64,000 nt of DNA from positions 1 to 64,000 of IMG/VR virus record IMGVR_UViG_3300025890_003315, one strand, 5' to 3'. The notes under the pieces are model-generated. The model was not told where the DNA came from. It searched no databases and saw nothing but the letters and a program-made list of their open reading frames with translations. The position numbers and the translations under genes were made by a program. This document shows positions 36,997 to 46,964 of the stretch, in pieces. The stretch comes from a virus (taxonomy: Duplodnaviria; Caudoviricetes). Each line of letters starts with the position of its first letter. Position 1 is the first letter of the stretch.

Positions 36997-38961
36997 ATGT
37001 CAGAAGTCAATATCATTTCAGATCAGTTTTCTCAAACTTACGCAAACAAGCAACCAAATTGGGGGTTCAATGGATTGGGCTATATTGTTTACAAAAGAAC
37101 GTACGCTCGCCTCAAAGACGATGGAAAAACAGAAGAGTGGCATGAAACAATTCAAAGGTGTATTAATGGAGCGCAAAAGCTTGGAGCAGGGTATACTAAA
37201 GAAGAGGCAGAAAAGTTATTTGATCTAATTTTTAATCTGAAGTGCAACTTCGCCGGAAGAATGCTCTGGCAACTTGGTACTCCAACTGTTGATCGCTTCG
37301 GAGCAAATTCATTGCTCAACTGCTGGTTCACAACAATGAACCATCCAAAGTCTTTTAAATTTCTTTTTGAAAATTTGATGTTAGGTGGCGGCGTTGGATT
37401 TTCCGTTAGAAGAGAAGATATTCACGAGCTACCAAGAGTTAGAAAAAGTGTAAAAATTTATCATGATGAAATAGCAGGAAAGGCCACTAAAGATGCAGAT
37501 TTTATTGTTCCAGACTCTAGAGAAGGTTGGATCGAGCTTCTTGGAAAAGTTCTCGATTCTTATTTTTATACTGGCAAAAGCTTTTCTTATTCTACTGTGT
37601 TGGTTCGCGGTGCTGGTGAGCTTATTCGTGGATTCGGTGGCTCGGCTTCTGGGCCTTCGATTTTGATTGATGGAATCACTAAAATTTGCAATGTATTCAA
37701 AACTAGAGAAGGTAAGAAACTTCGGTCTATCGATGTACTAGACATTAATAATATCATTGGGAGTATTGTTGTTGCTGGGAATGTGCGCCGTTCTGCTGAA
37801 ATTGCTATTGGAGACCCTGATGACTTTCTTTTCTTGAGGGCAAAACGCTGGGATTTGGGTGGCATTCCTAATTATCGCGCCATGTCCAACAACACGATTT
37901 ACTGCGATGACTACGATCATACTTCAGAAGCTCTCTGGGAGGGTTATAACGGCAATGGAGAGCCATATGGATTGTTCAATCTACCTCTTTCTGAAAAGTA
38001 CGGCAGACTCTCTGACGGTTTGATGAAAAAGTCAGATCTCTATCCAGAGAATAGGGATAATGTAGTTGGAACAAATCCTTGCGGCGAAATTTCACTTGGT
38101 AATTTTGAGTGCTGCAATCTCAGTGAATTGTATCTCAATAATATCGAGACGAAAGAAGAAGCTCTTGAATGCGCTATCCTTCTCAATAAAACCCAGAAGG
38201 CTATTTGCGCTATGCCATTTATTCACGATGAGACAAACGAGATCGTGCATAAGAACATGCGTATTGGTCTAGGTGTAACTGGAGTTTGTCAAAGTATGGA
38301 CAAGCTTTCTTGGTTAGACTTTATCTACAAGGGTCTTCGTAAATTCGACAAGAAGAACAGCAAAGAAAGAGGATGGAGTCCGTCAATCAAATTAACAACC
38401 GTTAAACCTAGTGGAACACTCAGTATTCTTGCTGGCTCTACCCCCGGTGTTCATCCAGCTTTTTCTAGTTTCTTTATTCGGAGAATTAGAATGGCTGCAA
38501 ATGACTCTCTTGTTGAAACTTGCAGAGATCTTGGATACCATACAGAATTTGCTAAAAATTTTGATGGAACAGAAAATCACGATACAGTTGTGATTGAGTT
38601 TCCTTGTAAATTTGAAAATGCATTGCTAGCAAAAGACACTACTGCCGTCAAACAGCTTGATCTTGTGAAAGAACTTCAAGCTAATTGGTCAGACAACGCT
38701 GTTTCTTGCACTGTATACTACAAGAAAGAAGAGCTTTCTGAAATCAAAGAGTGGCTTAAATCTAATTACAAAGATAATATCAAAAGCGTGAGTTTTCTAC
38801 TTCATAGCGATCATGGTTTTGTTCAAGCTCCATATGAAGAGATCGATCAAGAGCATTACGACAGAATCGTGAAACGAGTAAAACCGATTGTAGCAATCCA
38901 GACTTCAAATGAAATGATTGAAGGTATCGAATGCGAAGGAGGAGCTTGCCCTATTAGGTAG
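36997..38961 (+). CDS. nrdJ: Class II (adenosylcobalamin-dependent) ribonucleotide reductase
   Basis: YKRTYAR, AGRMLWQLG, GNVRRSAEI, TNPCGEI, TTVKPSGT, WSDNAVS, C-terminal CEGGACPIR; no tyrosyl radical-transfer tail. Confidence 0.95.
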   Translation: MSEVNIISDQFSQTYANKQPNWGFNGLGYIVYKRTYARLKDDGKTEEWHETIQRCINGAQKLGAGYTKEEAEKLFDLIFNLKCNFAGRMLWQLGTPTVDRFGANSLLNCWFTTMNHPKSFKFLFENLMLGGGVGFSVRREDIHELPRVRKSVKIYHDEIAGKATKDADFIVPDSREGWIELLGKVLDSYFYTGKSFSYSTVLVRGAGELIRGFGGSASGPSILIDGITKICNVFKTREGKKLRSIDVLDINNIIGSIVVAGNVRRSAEIAIGDPDDFLFLRAKRWDLGGIPNYRAMSNNTIYCDDYDHTSEALWEGYNGNGEPYGLFNLPLSEKYGRLSDGLMKKSDLYPENRDNVVGTNPCGEISLGNFECCNLSELYLNNIETKEEALECAILLNKTQKAICAMPFIHDETNEIVHKNMRIGLGVTGVCQSMDKLSWLDFIYKGLRKFDKKNSKERGWSPSIKLTTVKPSGTLSILAGSTPGVHPAFSSFFIRRIRMAANDSLVETCRDLGYHTEFAKNFDGTENHDTVVIEFPCKFENALLAKDTTAVKQLDLVKELQANWSDNAVSCTVYYKKEELSEIKEWLKSNYKDNIKSVSFLLHSDHGFVQAPYEEIDQEHYDRIVKRVKPIVAIQTSNEMIEGIECEGGACPIR

Positions 38962-38977
38962 GGCGATTAAAACCCCA

Positions 38978-39012
38978 AAGCCTCTCGTTACACAAAACGG
39001 GAGGCTTTTTTA
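38978..39012 (+). terminator. Rho-independent terminator after nrdJ
   Basis: AAGCCTCTCGTT-ACACAA-AACGGGAGGCTT followed by a T tract. Confidence 0.85.
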
Positions 39013-39060
39013 TTTTTATTATCTGTTGCATATTTTATACAATATAACAGTGTAATTATA

Positions 39061-39148
39061 CGTAGCTGAAAGCAATATTGGAGTATCACTGCACTGCGCA
39101 GGTAACACTCAACTTTTATCCGAGTAGGGTTTGCAAGTAAGTTTTTTT
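39061..39148 (+). ncRNA. Candidate small structured non-coding RNA
   Basis: GC-richer, ATG-less island between a GTGTAA element (39050) and a T7 tract; possible stems GAGT/ACTC and CTGC/GCAG. No known family recognised. Confidence 0.3.
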
Positions 39149-39169
39149 ATTTTACGTGTAATAAGTTAT

Positions 39170-39589
39170 ATGCGGTTTGTAGAAGTAGAGATAAATATAA
39201 ACGATGAAGCGGGATTCGAAGAAGAAGAAGTTTCCGCTAGCGAGATTTTTGCGCCAGAAGACTCCGAGTATTTGGACTTTGGAGAAATTTCAGAAGACTA
39301 TGAAATAGTAGCCGCAGAAACAAAAAAGAAGGTCAAACTAAACAAGCCTTTTAGAACGCCAAATGGACCAAAAAAATTCTCTGTTTATGTTAAAAACGAG
39401 AAAGGCAACATTGTTAAAATAAATTTTGGCGACCCAAATATGGATATCAAAAGAGACGATCCAGCCAGAAGACGAAATTTTCGCGCCAGACATCAATGCG
39501 ATACAAACCCCGGCCCTAAATGGAAAGCTCGTTATTGGGCGTGTAAAACTTGGGAAGCTGGTAAATCTGTAACCGATATAGTAAAATAA
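39170..39589 (+). CDS. Conserved large-phage protein (KPFR...NFGDPNM...RARHxC...ARYWxC family)
   Basis: KKFSVYVKNEKGNIVKINFGDPNMDIKRDDPARRRNFRARHQC...KARYWAC; start at MRFVEV, 8 nt after GTGTAA. Confidence 0.7.
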   Translation: MRFVEVEININDEAGFEEEEVSASEIFAPEDSEYLDFGEISEDYEIVAAETKKKVKLNKPFRTPNGPKKFSVYVKNEKGNIVKINFGDPNMDIKRDDPARRRNFRARHQCDTNPGPKWKARYWACKTWEAGKSVTDIVK

Positions 39590-39591
39590 TT

Positions 39592-39732
39592 ATGAATGAT
39601 CAAAATGACAATACGGTTTTTCTAAAAAAAGAAAAAGTAATTTCCAAACCTGTGGAACAGAAGCCACAAGTGACAAAAGAAAAAACTCAAGAGCAAAAAA
39701 ACCTTGACAAAAGGAAAAGTTTAGACAGATAA
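39592..39732 (+). CDS. Small hypothetical protein (46 aa)
   Basis: MNDQNDNTVFLKKEKV...LDR*, starting 2 nt after the upstream stop. Confidence 0.4.
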   Translation: MNDQNDNTVFLKKEKVISKPVEQKPQVTKEKTQEQKNLDKRKSLDR

Positions 39733-39735
39733 AAC

Positions 39736-39763
39736 TTGACATTTTCATAGTACCACGTATAAT
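39736..39763 (+). promoter_or_regulatory. Sigma70 promoter heading the glycan island
   Basis: TTGACA-N16-TATAAT, 5 nt before the GTG at 39769. Confidence 0.8.
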
Positions 39764-39768
39764 AAAAC

Positions 39769-40659
39769 GTGAAAGTTTTTGTATGTGGTATCACTCAAAA
39801 TCAGCTTAATAACATTACTGGTTTAGTAAAGTCGTCACAAGACTATGTTGACGGCTTTATTTTTGTTGATGGTTTATCAACTGATGGCACGTTTGAATTT
39901 CTAGAAGCCAATAAAAAAGAAGGTAAAATCATCCAAAGAGAATGGTCTAACGATCATGATCTTCAAATGAATCTTTTTCTCAGATCGAACGTCATGAAAA
40001 ATGGCGACTGGTTCTTTGTAAGAGATAGTACGGAAAGAGTTTCTGAAAATTTCTTAAAAAACATAAAGCTTTCAATCAAAGATTTTGAGCTTCAAGGCGT
40101 CACTTCGCTTTATATTCATAATAAAATTTTCCTTTGCAAGTATTCCGACTACCTTTATTTTAACGGAAGTCCGCATTGGGGTCTTCACGGCATTCAAGGT
40201 AAATCTGTTTCTCTTGATGCAGAGGATTCATTATATAAGAACAAGCTTGATCTTTTTGAATCAGATGTAAGACAAGATAGAGGAGAGGGTTGGCAAATCA
40301 ATCAAAATATAAAATATTATTTTTGCTACGGTCGATCAAATAATCAGTTGATGCACTATTACGACAATGGCAAAACTCCAGAACTATACAAACAAAAAGA
40401 AGGTGATAGAATAAATTTTAGAAATATTTGTTTCAATTTAGGCATCGAATTTTCACTTTCTAGCTTAAAGCAGTTTATCGAACAAAACGGAATATTAAAT
40501 AATGATCTTCTGCCATTTTTTAAAAATGAAATTCTATTGAAAAATTGGTATAGATTTAACATTTTAGATCATTCAGAGGCGGAAATAAATGACTCCAATT
40601 TTTTTAACACAGAGAAAGCTAAATGGGAAACTAATTGGGAGTTCCAAGCTATAAAATGA
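39769..40659 (+). CDS. Glycosyltransferase, GT-A (GT2-like)
   Basis: FIFVDGLSTDGTFE and WFFVRDSTE (degenerate DxD); GTG start. Confidence 0.75.
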   Translation: MKVFVCGITQNQLNNITGLVKSSQDYVDGFIFVDGLSTDGTFEFLEANKKEGKIIQREWSNDHDLQMNLFLRSNVMKNGDWFFVRDSTERVSENFLKNIKLSIKDFELQGVTSLYIHNKIFLCKYSDYLYFNGSPHWGLHGIQGKSVSLDAEDSLYKNKLDLFESDVRQDRGEGWQINQNIKYYFCYGRSNNQLMHYYDNGKTPELYKQKEGDRINFRNICFNLGIEFSLSSLKQFIEQNGILNNDLLPFFKNEILLKNWYRFNILDHSEAEINDSNFFNTEKAKWETNWEFQAIK

Positions 40660-41387
40660 ATCAGGATTTTTATTTAAATTATAGAGAAGCAAAGTCTTTC
40701 TATTGCGCTGTAGATATGGGGGACTTGGTATATTCTTTGCTTTTCGCTAAATATAAAAATGTTGACACAATTTATCTGGACGATACTAAAAAAGGAATTA
40801 GCAATAGAAATTTTAATGAAGCGTCTAGAAAATTTATCGAACCACTTTTATTGTCTCAACCTTATATAAGAAAAATAGAGAAATATACAAATCAAGTTTT
40901 TGATATAAACTACGGAGAGCATCAAAAAGCGGATGTTGTAGTCGGAACAAACCTAACAGCATTTCATGCCAGCAAATTTAATTTAGAGTGTGATTCAAAA
41001 GAAGTTAATGAAAGTTGGCTTGAATGTCCATCAACTGATACTGGTAAAAATATAGTGATAAATAGATCTCTCAGGTACAGAGGAGATGCTAATTTTTATT
41101 TAGATTTCTTTAAACATATAAATCCGCAGAAATGTGTTTTTGTTGGATTGGAAGAAGAATACGAAGATTTCATTAAAACATTTAGGTATCCAGTAGATTA
41201 CAAGGCGAGCGAAAACGCCTATGAATTAATGATGGCAATAAATTCTTGCGATGTGTTTTTTGGCAATGAATCTATTTCGTGTGCCATCGCTAAAGGGCTT
41301 GGGAAAACTTGTTTTGTTGAGTTGTGTAGACAAGCAGCGAACTACATTTTTACGGGCAACAAAAAAATAAATTATTTTGGAATATGA
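40656..41387 (+). CDS. Putative glycosyltransferase (GT9/heptosyltransferase-like)
   Basis: DMGDLVYSL N-terminus; AINSCDVFFGNESISCAIAKGLGK; ATGA-coupled. Confidence 0.6.
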   Translation: MNQDFYLNYREAKSFYCAVDMGDLVYSLLFAKYKNVDTIYLDDTKKGISNRNFNEASRKFIEPLLLSQPYIRKIEKYTNQVFDINYGEHQKADVVVGTNLTAFHASKFNLECDSKEVNESWLECPSTDTGKNIVINRSLRYRGDANFYLDFFKHINPQKCVFVGLEEEYEDFIKTFRYPVDYKASENAYELMMAINSCDVFFGNESISCAIAKGLGKTCFVELCRQAANYIFTGNKKINYFGI

Positions 41388-42091
41388 AAATCGCTTTACT
41401 AAACATTTATACTGAAAACATAAAACAATTAGCTGTTATAACAACTGAATACAATAAAAGGAAATATTGCGAAAAGCATGGATATGATTTACTTGTTAAA
41501 ACAAAAGATTTTTCATATAAAGATTTCGGATTTGAAAAAATTAAATTTGTCCTAGACACAGTTAAGTCTAACAAGTACGACTGGATTTTGTGGGTTGGTT
41601 CAGATACTATGATCACTAACTACAACATCAAAGTAGAACATTTAATTGATGAAGAGAAAAGTTTTATTATCGCTAACGATGTTTGGGATTTCAATTCAGA
41701 TGTTTTCTTAATTAAAAATCATCCACGTTCTATAGAGTATTTTGAAGAAATTTTATCACTACATGATAAATATATAGACGAAAATGGTAAACCAAGAGAT
41801 CTTGGGGTTAGGCTCCCAGATGGAGGAGCTAGATGTTGGGCAGAACAAGAAGCAATGATAGACTTAAAAGAAAAATATAAAGATGCTATTAAAATAGTTC
41901 CACAAAAAATATTAAACTCTTATTTATATCATTTGTATCCTTCTCAGTGGCATCAAAAAGGTTTAGACTGCGAAGGCTATGATGGAAGGTGGAGTGAGGG
42001 CGATTTTATTGTGCATTGGCCGGGAATGAACAATGAACTAAGATTAAATCTAGCAGTAAATTTTATACCAAAGGTTAAAGGAGATGAGTAA
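41384..42091 (+). CDS. Glycosyltransferase, GT34 (MNN10/GMA12-like)
   Basis: KRKYCEKHGYDL, YDWILWVGSDTMITN, FNSDVFLIKN, WAEQEAM, GDFIVHWPG. Confidence 0.8.
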   Translation: MKIALLNIYTENIKQLAVITTEYNKRKYCEKHGYDLLVKTKDFSYKDFGFEKIKFVLDTVKSNKYDWILWVGSDTMITNYNIKVEHLIDEEKSFIIANDVWDFNSDVFLIKNHPRSIEYFEEILSLHDKYIDENGKPRDLGVRLPDGGARCWAEQEAMIDLKEKYKDAIKIVPQKILNSYLYHLYPSQWHQKGLDCEGYDGRWSEGDFIVHWPGMNNELRLNLAVNFIPKVKGDE

Positions 42092-43391
42092 TGATACTTC
42101 TATTTCGCAGCTTGTAAGTGAAAGTCTGCAAAATAAAAAAAAGTGGATAAAAGGCGAAGATTGGGTCCAGTATGCTGGCCCATTCTTTTCTAACGAAGAA
42201 TACGAAGCTGCTATTAATTCTATTTTAAACGGCTGGCTCGTTATGGGCAATGATTGTTTAAAATTCGAAAGCAAGTTTAGTAAATATTTGGGAAAAAATC
42301 ATGGAGTTTTAACTAACAGCGGATCAAGCAGTAACTTACTTATGGTTAGCGCACTTTCTTCAAAAAGAGCCTATGCGCTTCCTAAAGGATCAAAAGTTAT
42401 TACTCCAATTGCTGGATTTCCCACAACCTTAAATCCCATCTTACAAAATGGTTTTGATCCAGTTTTTGTAGACATTGAACTTGAAACATTGAATCTTGAT
42501 TTAGATCAAGTTGAAGAAGCCGCTAAAGCCGGGGCTAAAGCTATTGTTTTTGCTCACGTACTTGGGAACACGACTGATATCGATAGACTTCTTAGCATAG
42601 TAAAAGAATATGGGCTAATTTTCCTAGAAGACTGCTGTGACGCCTTGGGATCTACATACGATGGAAAGCCGCTTGGCTCTTTCGGAGACATGTCTAGCTG
42701 TAGCTTCTACCCAGCGCACCATATAACGATGGGAGAAGGGGGATACGTAGCCTGTAAAGATAAAAATCTTGAAATCATAGTTAGGAGTTTTAGAGAATGG
42801 GGCAGAGGATGCTTTTGTGTAGGCAAAAAAGCTAATTTGCTCAAAAATGGCTCTTGTGGAAAAAGATTCTCTAATTGGCTGGAAGCTTTTCCAGACAAAG
42901 TATTCGATCATAAATATATTTATGATGAAATAGGATATAACTTGAAACCAATTGAACTTCAAGGTAGCATTGGATTAAAACAGCTTGATAAACTAGATCA
43001 GATTCATTCTTTAAGAAAGAAGAACTACTCAAAGCTATTTTCCATATTCAAGCCGTATGAAGAACATTTTATTCTTCCAGTAGCCAGAAAAAAAGCTGAT
43101 CCGAGTTGGTTCGCATTTCCCATTACCATCAAAGACGATGCTCCATTCCAAAGGTTTGATTTATGCAATCACCTTGAGTCAAACAAAATACAAACAAGAA
43201 CTTATTTTGGTGGGAATCTTGGTTTACAGCCAGCTTATAAAGATGTGATTTCAACAGAAAAAGCTTTGACATTTAAAAATGCTACGAAAGCAACTACAGA
43301 TACATTTTTTCTTGGAACTAGTCCAGTAATAACAGATGAGCAACTCGACTATATAGAAGAAATCGTAAATTCTTTTTTTAGTAAATTATGA
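42084..43391 (+). CDS. rfbH: NDP-4-keto-6-deoxyglucose 3-dehydrase (E1, PMP/[2Fe-2S])
   Basis: NSGSSSNL, GFPTTLNP, EDCCDALG, SFYPAHHITMGEGG (His in place of the aminotransferase Lys), GRGCFC...C, GYNLKP. Confidence 0.92.
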   Translation: MSNDTSISQLVSESLQNKKKWIKGEDWVQYAGPFFSNEEYEAAINSILNGWLVMGNDCLKFESKFSKYLGKNHGVLTNSGSSSNLLMVSALSSKRAYALPKGSKVITPIAGFPTTLNPILQNGFDPVFVDIELETLNLDLDQVEEAAKAGAKAIVFAHVLGNTTDIDRLLSIVKEYGLIFLEDCCDALGSTYDGKPLGSFGDMSSCSFYPAHHITMGEGGYVACKDKNLEIIVRSFREWGRGCFCVGKKANLLKNGSCGKRFSNWLEAFPDKVFDHKYIYDEIGYNLKPIELQGSIGLKQLDKLDQIHSLRKKNYSKLFSIFKPYEEHFILPVARKKADPSWFAFPITIKDDAPFQRFDLCNHLESNKIQTRTYFGGNLGLQPAYKDVISTEKALTFKNATKATTDTFFLGTSPVITDEQLDYIEEIVNSFFSKL

Positions 43392-44359
43392 AAGTCGTAT
43401 ACGTAACAGGATGTCTTGGATTTATAGGTTCTTATGTTACAAGGCTGTGCCTCCAAAAAGGTTGGTATGTAAAGGGTGTAGATAAAATCACCTATGCAGC
43501 CAATAAAAACCTTTTAAATGAATTCAATAAATACTCTAATTTTTCATTTGTCAATTGCGACATAAACGATTTAAAGTTTTTGTACGACTGTGATTACTTT
43601 ATCAACACAGCAGCGGAAACTCATGTTGGCAATTCAATTGTAGATAGTACTGACTTTGTTAAATCAAACATTGATGGCGTTCATAATATTTTAAATCTTT
43701 TCAGAAGCTATAGACAAGAGAATAACCATAAACCAGTATTCCTGCATTTTAGCACTGACGAAGTTTATGGGGACATAGACGAAGGCGAACATACTGAGAC
43801 AGATCTTTTGAAACCAAGCAATCCATATTCTGCCACAAAAGCTGCTGCTGATATGTTGATCTTGGCTTGGGCAAGAACATACAACATAAACTACGTTATC
43901 GTAAGACCAACAAATAATTATGGAATAGGTCAATATGTAGAAAAATTGATCCCAAAGTCAGTAAAATTTCTTTCTTTGGATAGAAAAATTCCACTTCATA
44001 ACAATGGTTCACCAGTTAGGAATTGGCTTCATGCTGAAGATACCGCAAATGGAGCGATCAAAATAATAGAGTCTGAAGTTATAAATGAAGTATTCAATAT
44101 ATGTGGAGGATACGAGCAAACTAATTACCAAACAGTAGAAAAAATAATCAAACATTTTTACGCTATAGATGGAAAACAAGCGTTATCTCAAGATCAAATT
44201 GACAAAAATTTAGATTTTACTTACAGTAGGGTTGGACAAGATGTTAGGTACGCTCTAAATGATAATAAACTAAGATCTATTGGATGGAGTCCCAAACATA
44301 ATTTTGACAATGATATCCACGATATAGCAAAATATTATAAAAATACATTTATATGGTAA
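43388..44359 (+). CDS. rfbB: NDP-glucose 4,6-dehydratase (RmlB/RfbB-like)
   Basis: GCLGFIG, AAETHV, STDEVYG, YSATKAA, RNWLHAED. Confidence 0.85.
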   Translation: MKVVYVTGCLGFIGSYVTRLCLQKGWYVKGVDKITYAANKNLLNEFNKYSNFSFVNCDINDLKFLYDCDYFINTAAETHVGNSIVDSTDFVKSNIDGVHNILNLFRSYRQENNHKPVFLHFSTDEVYGDIDEGEHTETDLLKPSNPYSATKAAADMLILAWARTYNINYVIVRPTNNYGIGQYVEKLIPKSVKFLSLDRKIPLHNNGSPVRNWLHAEDTANGAIKIIESEVINEVFNICGGYEQTNYQTVEKIIKHFYAIDGKQALSQDQIDKNLDFTYSRVGQDVRYALNDNKLRSIGWSPKHNFDNDIHDIAKYYKNTFIW

Positions 44360-46104
44360 AAATTAGTGATACAATAGCGGACTTTTTAGTTAAGCAAGGC
44401 ATCGAAGTTGTTTTTGGAATTATAGGTTCGGCTAATTCATATATCTATGACTCAATAGATAAGAGGACTGGTATTAAAATTGTTCCTACCCATCATGAGC
44501 AAGCTGCCGTAATGGCAATGGGAGCTTATTATAGGTCCACTGGAAAAATGTCAGCAGCCTTAGTTACTGCTGGTGGAGGGTCATCAAATGCATTTACGGG
44601 CATACTTTCTAATTGGGCGGATTCAATACCCGGAATAATCATAGCAGGACAAGAGCAGACGCACTACATCGATGAATATAAAGACATGAGGATGTATGGC
44701 ATTCAAGGGTATGATTCAGTTGAAACTTATAAAAAATGCACTAAATTATCTATACGTCTAACTAAAGATAATGTAATCAAAACTTTAGCATTAGCTTATA
44801 AAATCACAAATAGCCAGCGCCCCGGCCCAGTATATCTAGAAGTACCATTTGATACACAAAGTCAAATGGTAGAAGAAGTCAAATTATCTGAGTCAAGCGA
44901 TGCTATAGAAATTCCAAATAAAGAAGCAGAATATATTATTAGTAAATTAAACATGTCAAAACGGCCATTAATTCTAGGTGGTCATGGAGTAAAATTGTCA
45001 CATGCGGAAGATTTATTTAAAAAATTGGTTGACAAACACAGTATCCCTACAGTATTGACTTGGTCCGCTGTTGACTTATTAGCTACAGATAATCCTAATA
45101 ATTTTGGTAGACCGGGGGTACAAGGGCAGAGAGCGGCTAACTTTATTGTTCAAAATAGCGATTTATTAATAGTCTTAGGCAGCAGACTCTCTCTGTTGCA
45201 AACAGGGTACTCCAGAAAAGATTTTGCGCCAAAAGCAGAAATAATTCATGTTGATATCGACCCAACCGAAACTAAAAAATTTAATGGAAAAAATTTTAAT
45301 ATAGATGTCAATTTATTACTAAAAGAATTTGACAAGCTTGATTCTAGAATTGAAACTAACATAGACGACTGGAGACGTTACTGCGAGAATATAAAAAATG
45401 AATACCCACTAGTTATGCCAGAGCATCTCTCTGATCCAACTAATTCATATACATTCATTGATAAATTATCTAAGCTGCTGCCTGACAATTATACTGTTGT
45501 AACAGATATGGGGACCGCTTTACTTAGTGGATTCTATGGTTTTAATATAAAATCGAATCAAAAAATGTTCACTTCGCTGGGACTAGGAGAAATGGGATAT
45601 GGGCTAGCGGCGGCAGTAGGTGCTGGATTTGGAGATAAACCAGTTCTATGCTTAAACTGTGATGGTGGAATGATGATGAATCTGCAAGAGCTTCAGACGA
45701 TAAAAACGCATAATCTACCAGTCAAAATAGTCATATTTAACAATGATGGATACTTAATGATCAAGCATACACAAAAAATGCTTTTTGAAGGTCACAAGAC
45801 ATGCGTAGACAAGGAGACTGGAGTTGAACTACCCGATTACAAGAAGGTGGCGGAAGCATTTGGTTATTCATATTATAAAGAATCTCAAATCAGTGATTTT
45901 TTGAGCAGCCCAAACCAAGCAATTATGGAGGTATTTATGAGTCCAAATCAAGAATTTATACCTAAAGTGAAAGGTATGAAGCAGGAAGACAACACTATTA
46001 AAGCTGGTTTACTGGAAGAGATGTCCCCACTACTTCCACTAAAAAAAATAGAACAAGCAATGATAGCAGGAATCAATGAACGAAGTAGGCTAGCAAAAAG
46101 ATGA
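44353..46104 (+). CDS. ThDP-dependent acetolactate-synthase-like carboligase (YerE-like)
   Basis: HHEQAAVMA, GPVYLEVP, LGSRL, TDMGT, GEMGYG, CDGGMMMNLQEL...NNDGY (GDG-like ThDP motif); sugar-locus context. Confidence 0.85.
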   Translation: MVKISDTIADFLVKQGIEVVFGIIGSANSYIYDSIDKRTGIKIVPTHHEQAAVMAMGAYYRSTGKMSAALVTAGGGSSNAFTGILSNWADSIPGIIIAGQEQTHYIDEYKDMRMYGIQGYDSVETYKKCTKLSIRLTKDNVIKTLALAYKITNSQRPGPVYLEVPFDTQSQMVEEVKLSESSDAIEIPNKEAEYIISKLNMSKRPLILGGHGVKLSHAEDLFKKLVDKHSIPTVLTWSAVDLLATDNPNNFGRPGVQGQRAANFIVQNSDLLIVLGSRLSLLQTGYSRKDFAPKAEIIHVDIDPTETKKFNGKNFNIDVNLLLKEFDKLDSRIETNIDDWRRYCENIKNEYPLVMPEHLSDPTNSYTFIDKLSKLLPDNYTVVTDMGTALLSGFYGFNIKSNQKMFTSLGLGEMGYGLAAAVGAGFGDKPVLCLNCDGGMMMNLQELQTIKTHNLPVKIVIFNNDGYLMIKHTQKMLFEGHKTCVDKETGVELPDYKKVAEAFGYSYYKESQISDFLSSPNQAIMEVFMSPNQEFIPKVKGMKQEDNTIKAGLLEEMSPLLPLKKIEQAMIAGINERSRLAKR

Positions 46105-46964
46105 AAATAAAAGCTGCAATACTAGGTACAGGTAATATAGGTACAGACTTACTCATTAAAGCTTTAAAAACAGACTTTATTGAATTAGTAGCATTCGTAG
46201 GAAGAAGATTAGATTCTAGTGGAATAAGTATAGCTAGAAACAAAAACGTAAATACTTCTGATCAAGGGATAAAATACTTTATCGATAATCCTAAGTGTTG
46301 CGACATTGTTTACGACTGCACAAACGCGATAGACGCTAGAACTCATTCCGAGATATTTAAACAACAAGGAATAAAAGTCATTGATTTGACGCCAGCAAAA
46401 GTTGGAGATATGTGTGTCCCAGATATAAATAGCGAAATCATATTAACAGATATGAATATAAATATGATTACCTGCGGAGGACAAGCGTCTATACCAATGC
46501 TTCACTTGCTAGCAAAACACTGTAAAGGATTAGAGTATATTGAAATTGTATCTCAAATAGCTTCTAAAAGTGCTGGCATGGCCACCAGAATAAATGTTGA
46601 TAACTATATTAACACTACAAAAAAAGCTATTTCAAAATTCACTGGTTGCAATAATATGAAAGTTATTCTAAACTTAAATCCAGCAGAGCCTTGCGTAGAC
46701 ATGCAAACTACCATGTTTATCAAATCAAAATATGTTGAATATGAAAATTTAACAGAAAAGCTGCTAAACAAAATTGAAGAGTTGAAAGCTTATATACCGC
46801 ATTACGAATTAATTGTTCCCCCAACACCAGATGATAGCGGAATTCTAACCTTAAGCATAAAGGTTAAAGGCGCTGGAGATTATTTGCCTGAATATGCTGG
46901 CAATTTAGATATCATAAATTGTTCTGCAATTAAAGTAACAGAAAAATTAAAAGAAATTTTATGA
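46101..46964 (+). CDS. mhpF: Acetaldehyde dehydrogenase (acylating), DmpF/MhpF family
   Basis: GTGNIGTDL, IDLTPA, NMITCGGQAS, SAGMATRINVD, YLPEYAGNLDII. Confidence 0.95.
   Translation: MKIKAAILGTGNIGTDLLIKALKTDFIELVAFVGRRLDSSGISIARNKNVNTSDQGIKYFIDNPKCCDIVYDCTNAIDARTHSEIFKQQGIKVIDLTPAKVGDMCVPDINSEIILTDMNINMITCGGQASIPMLHLLAKHCKGLEYIEIVSQIASKSAGMATRINVDNYINTTKKAISKFTGCNNMKVILNLNPAEPCVDMQTTMFIKSKYVEYENLTEKLLNKIEELKAYIPHYELIVPPTPDDSGILTLSIKVKGAGDYLPEYAGNLDIINCSAIKVTEKLKEIL

Noticed and set aside
28182-39169. tRNA genes in intergenic gaps
   Set aside because: No cloverleaf with a T-loop GTTCRA was found; the hairpins seen are terminators.
44353-46104. Branched-chain amino-acid biosynthesis (ilvB)
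   Set aside because: No ilvN/H, ilvC or ilvD; flanked by deoxysugar enzymes, as YerE-type genes are.
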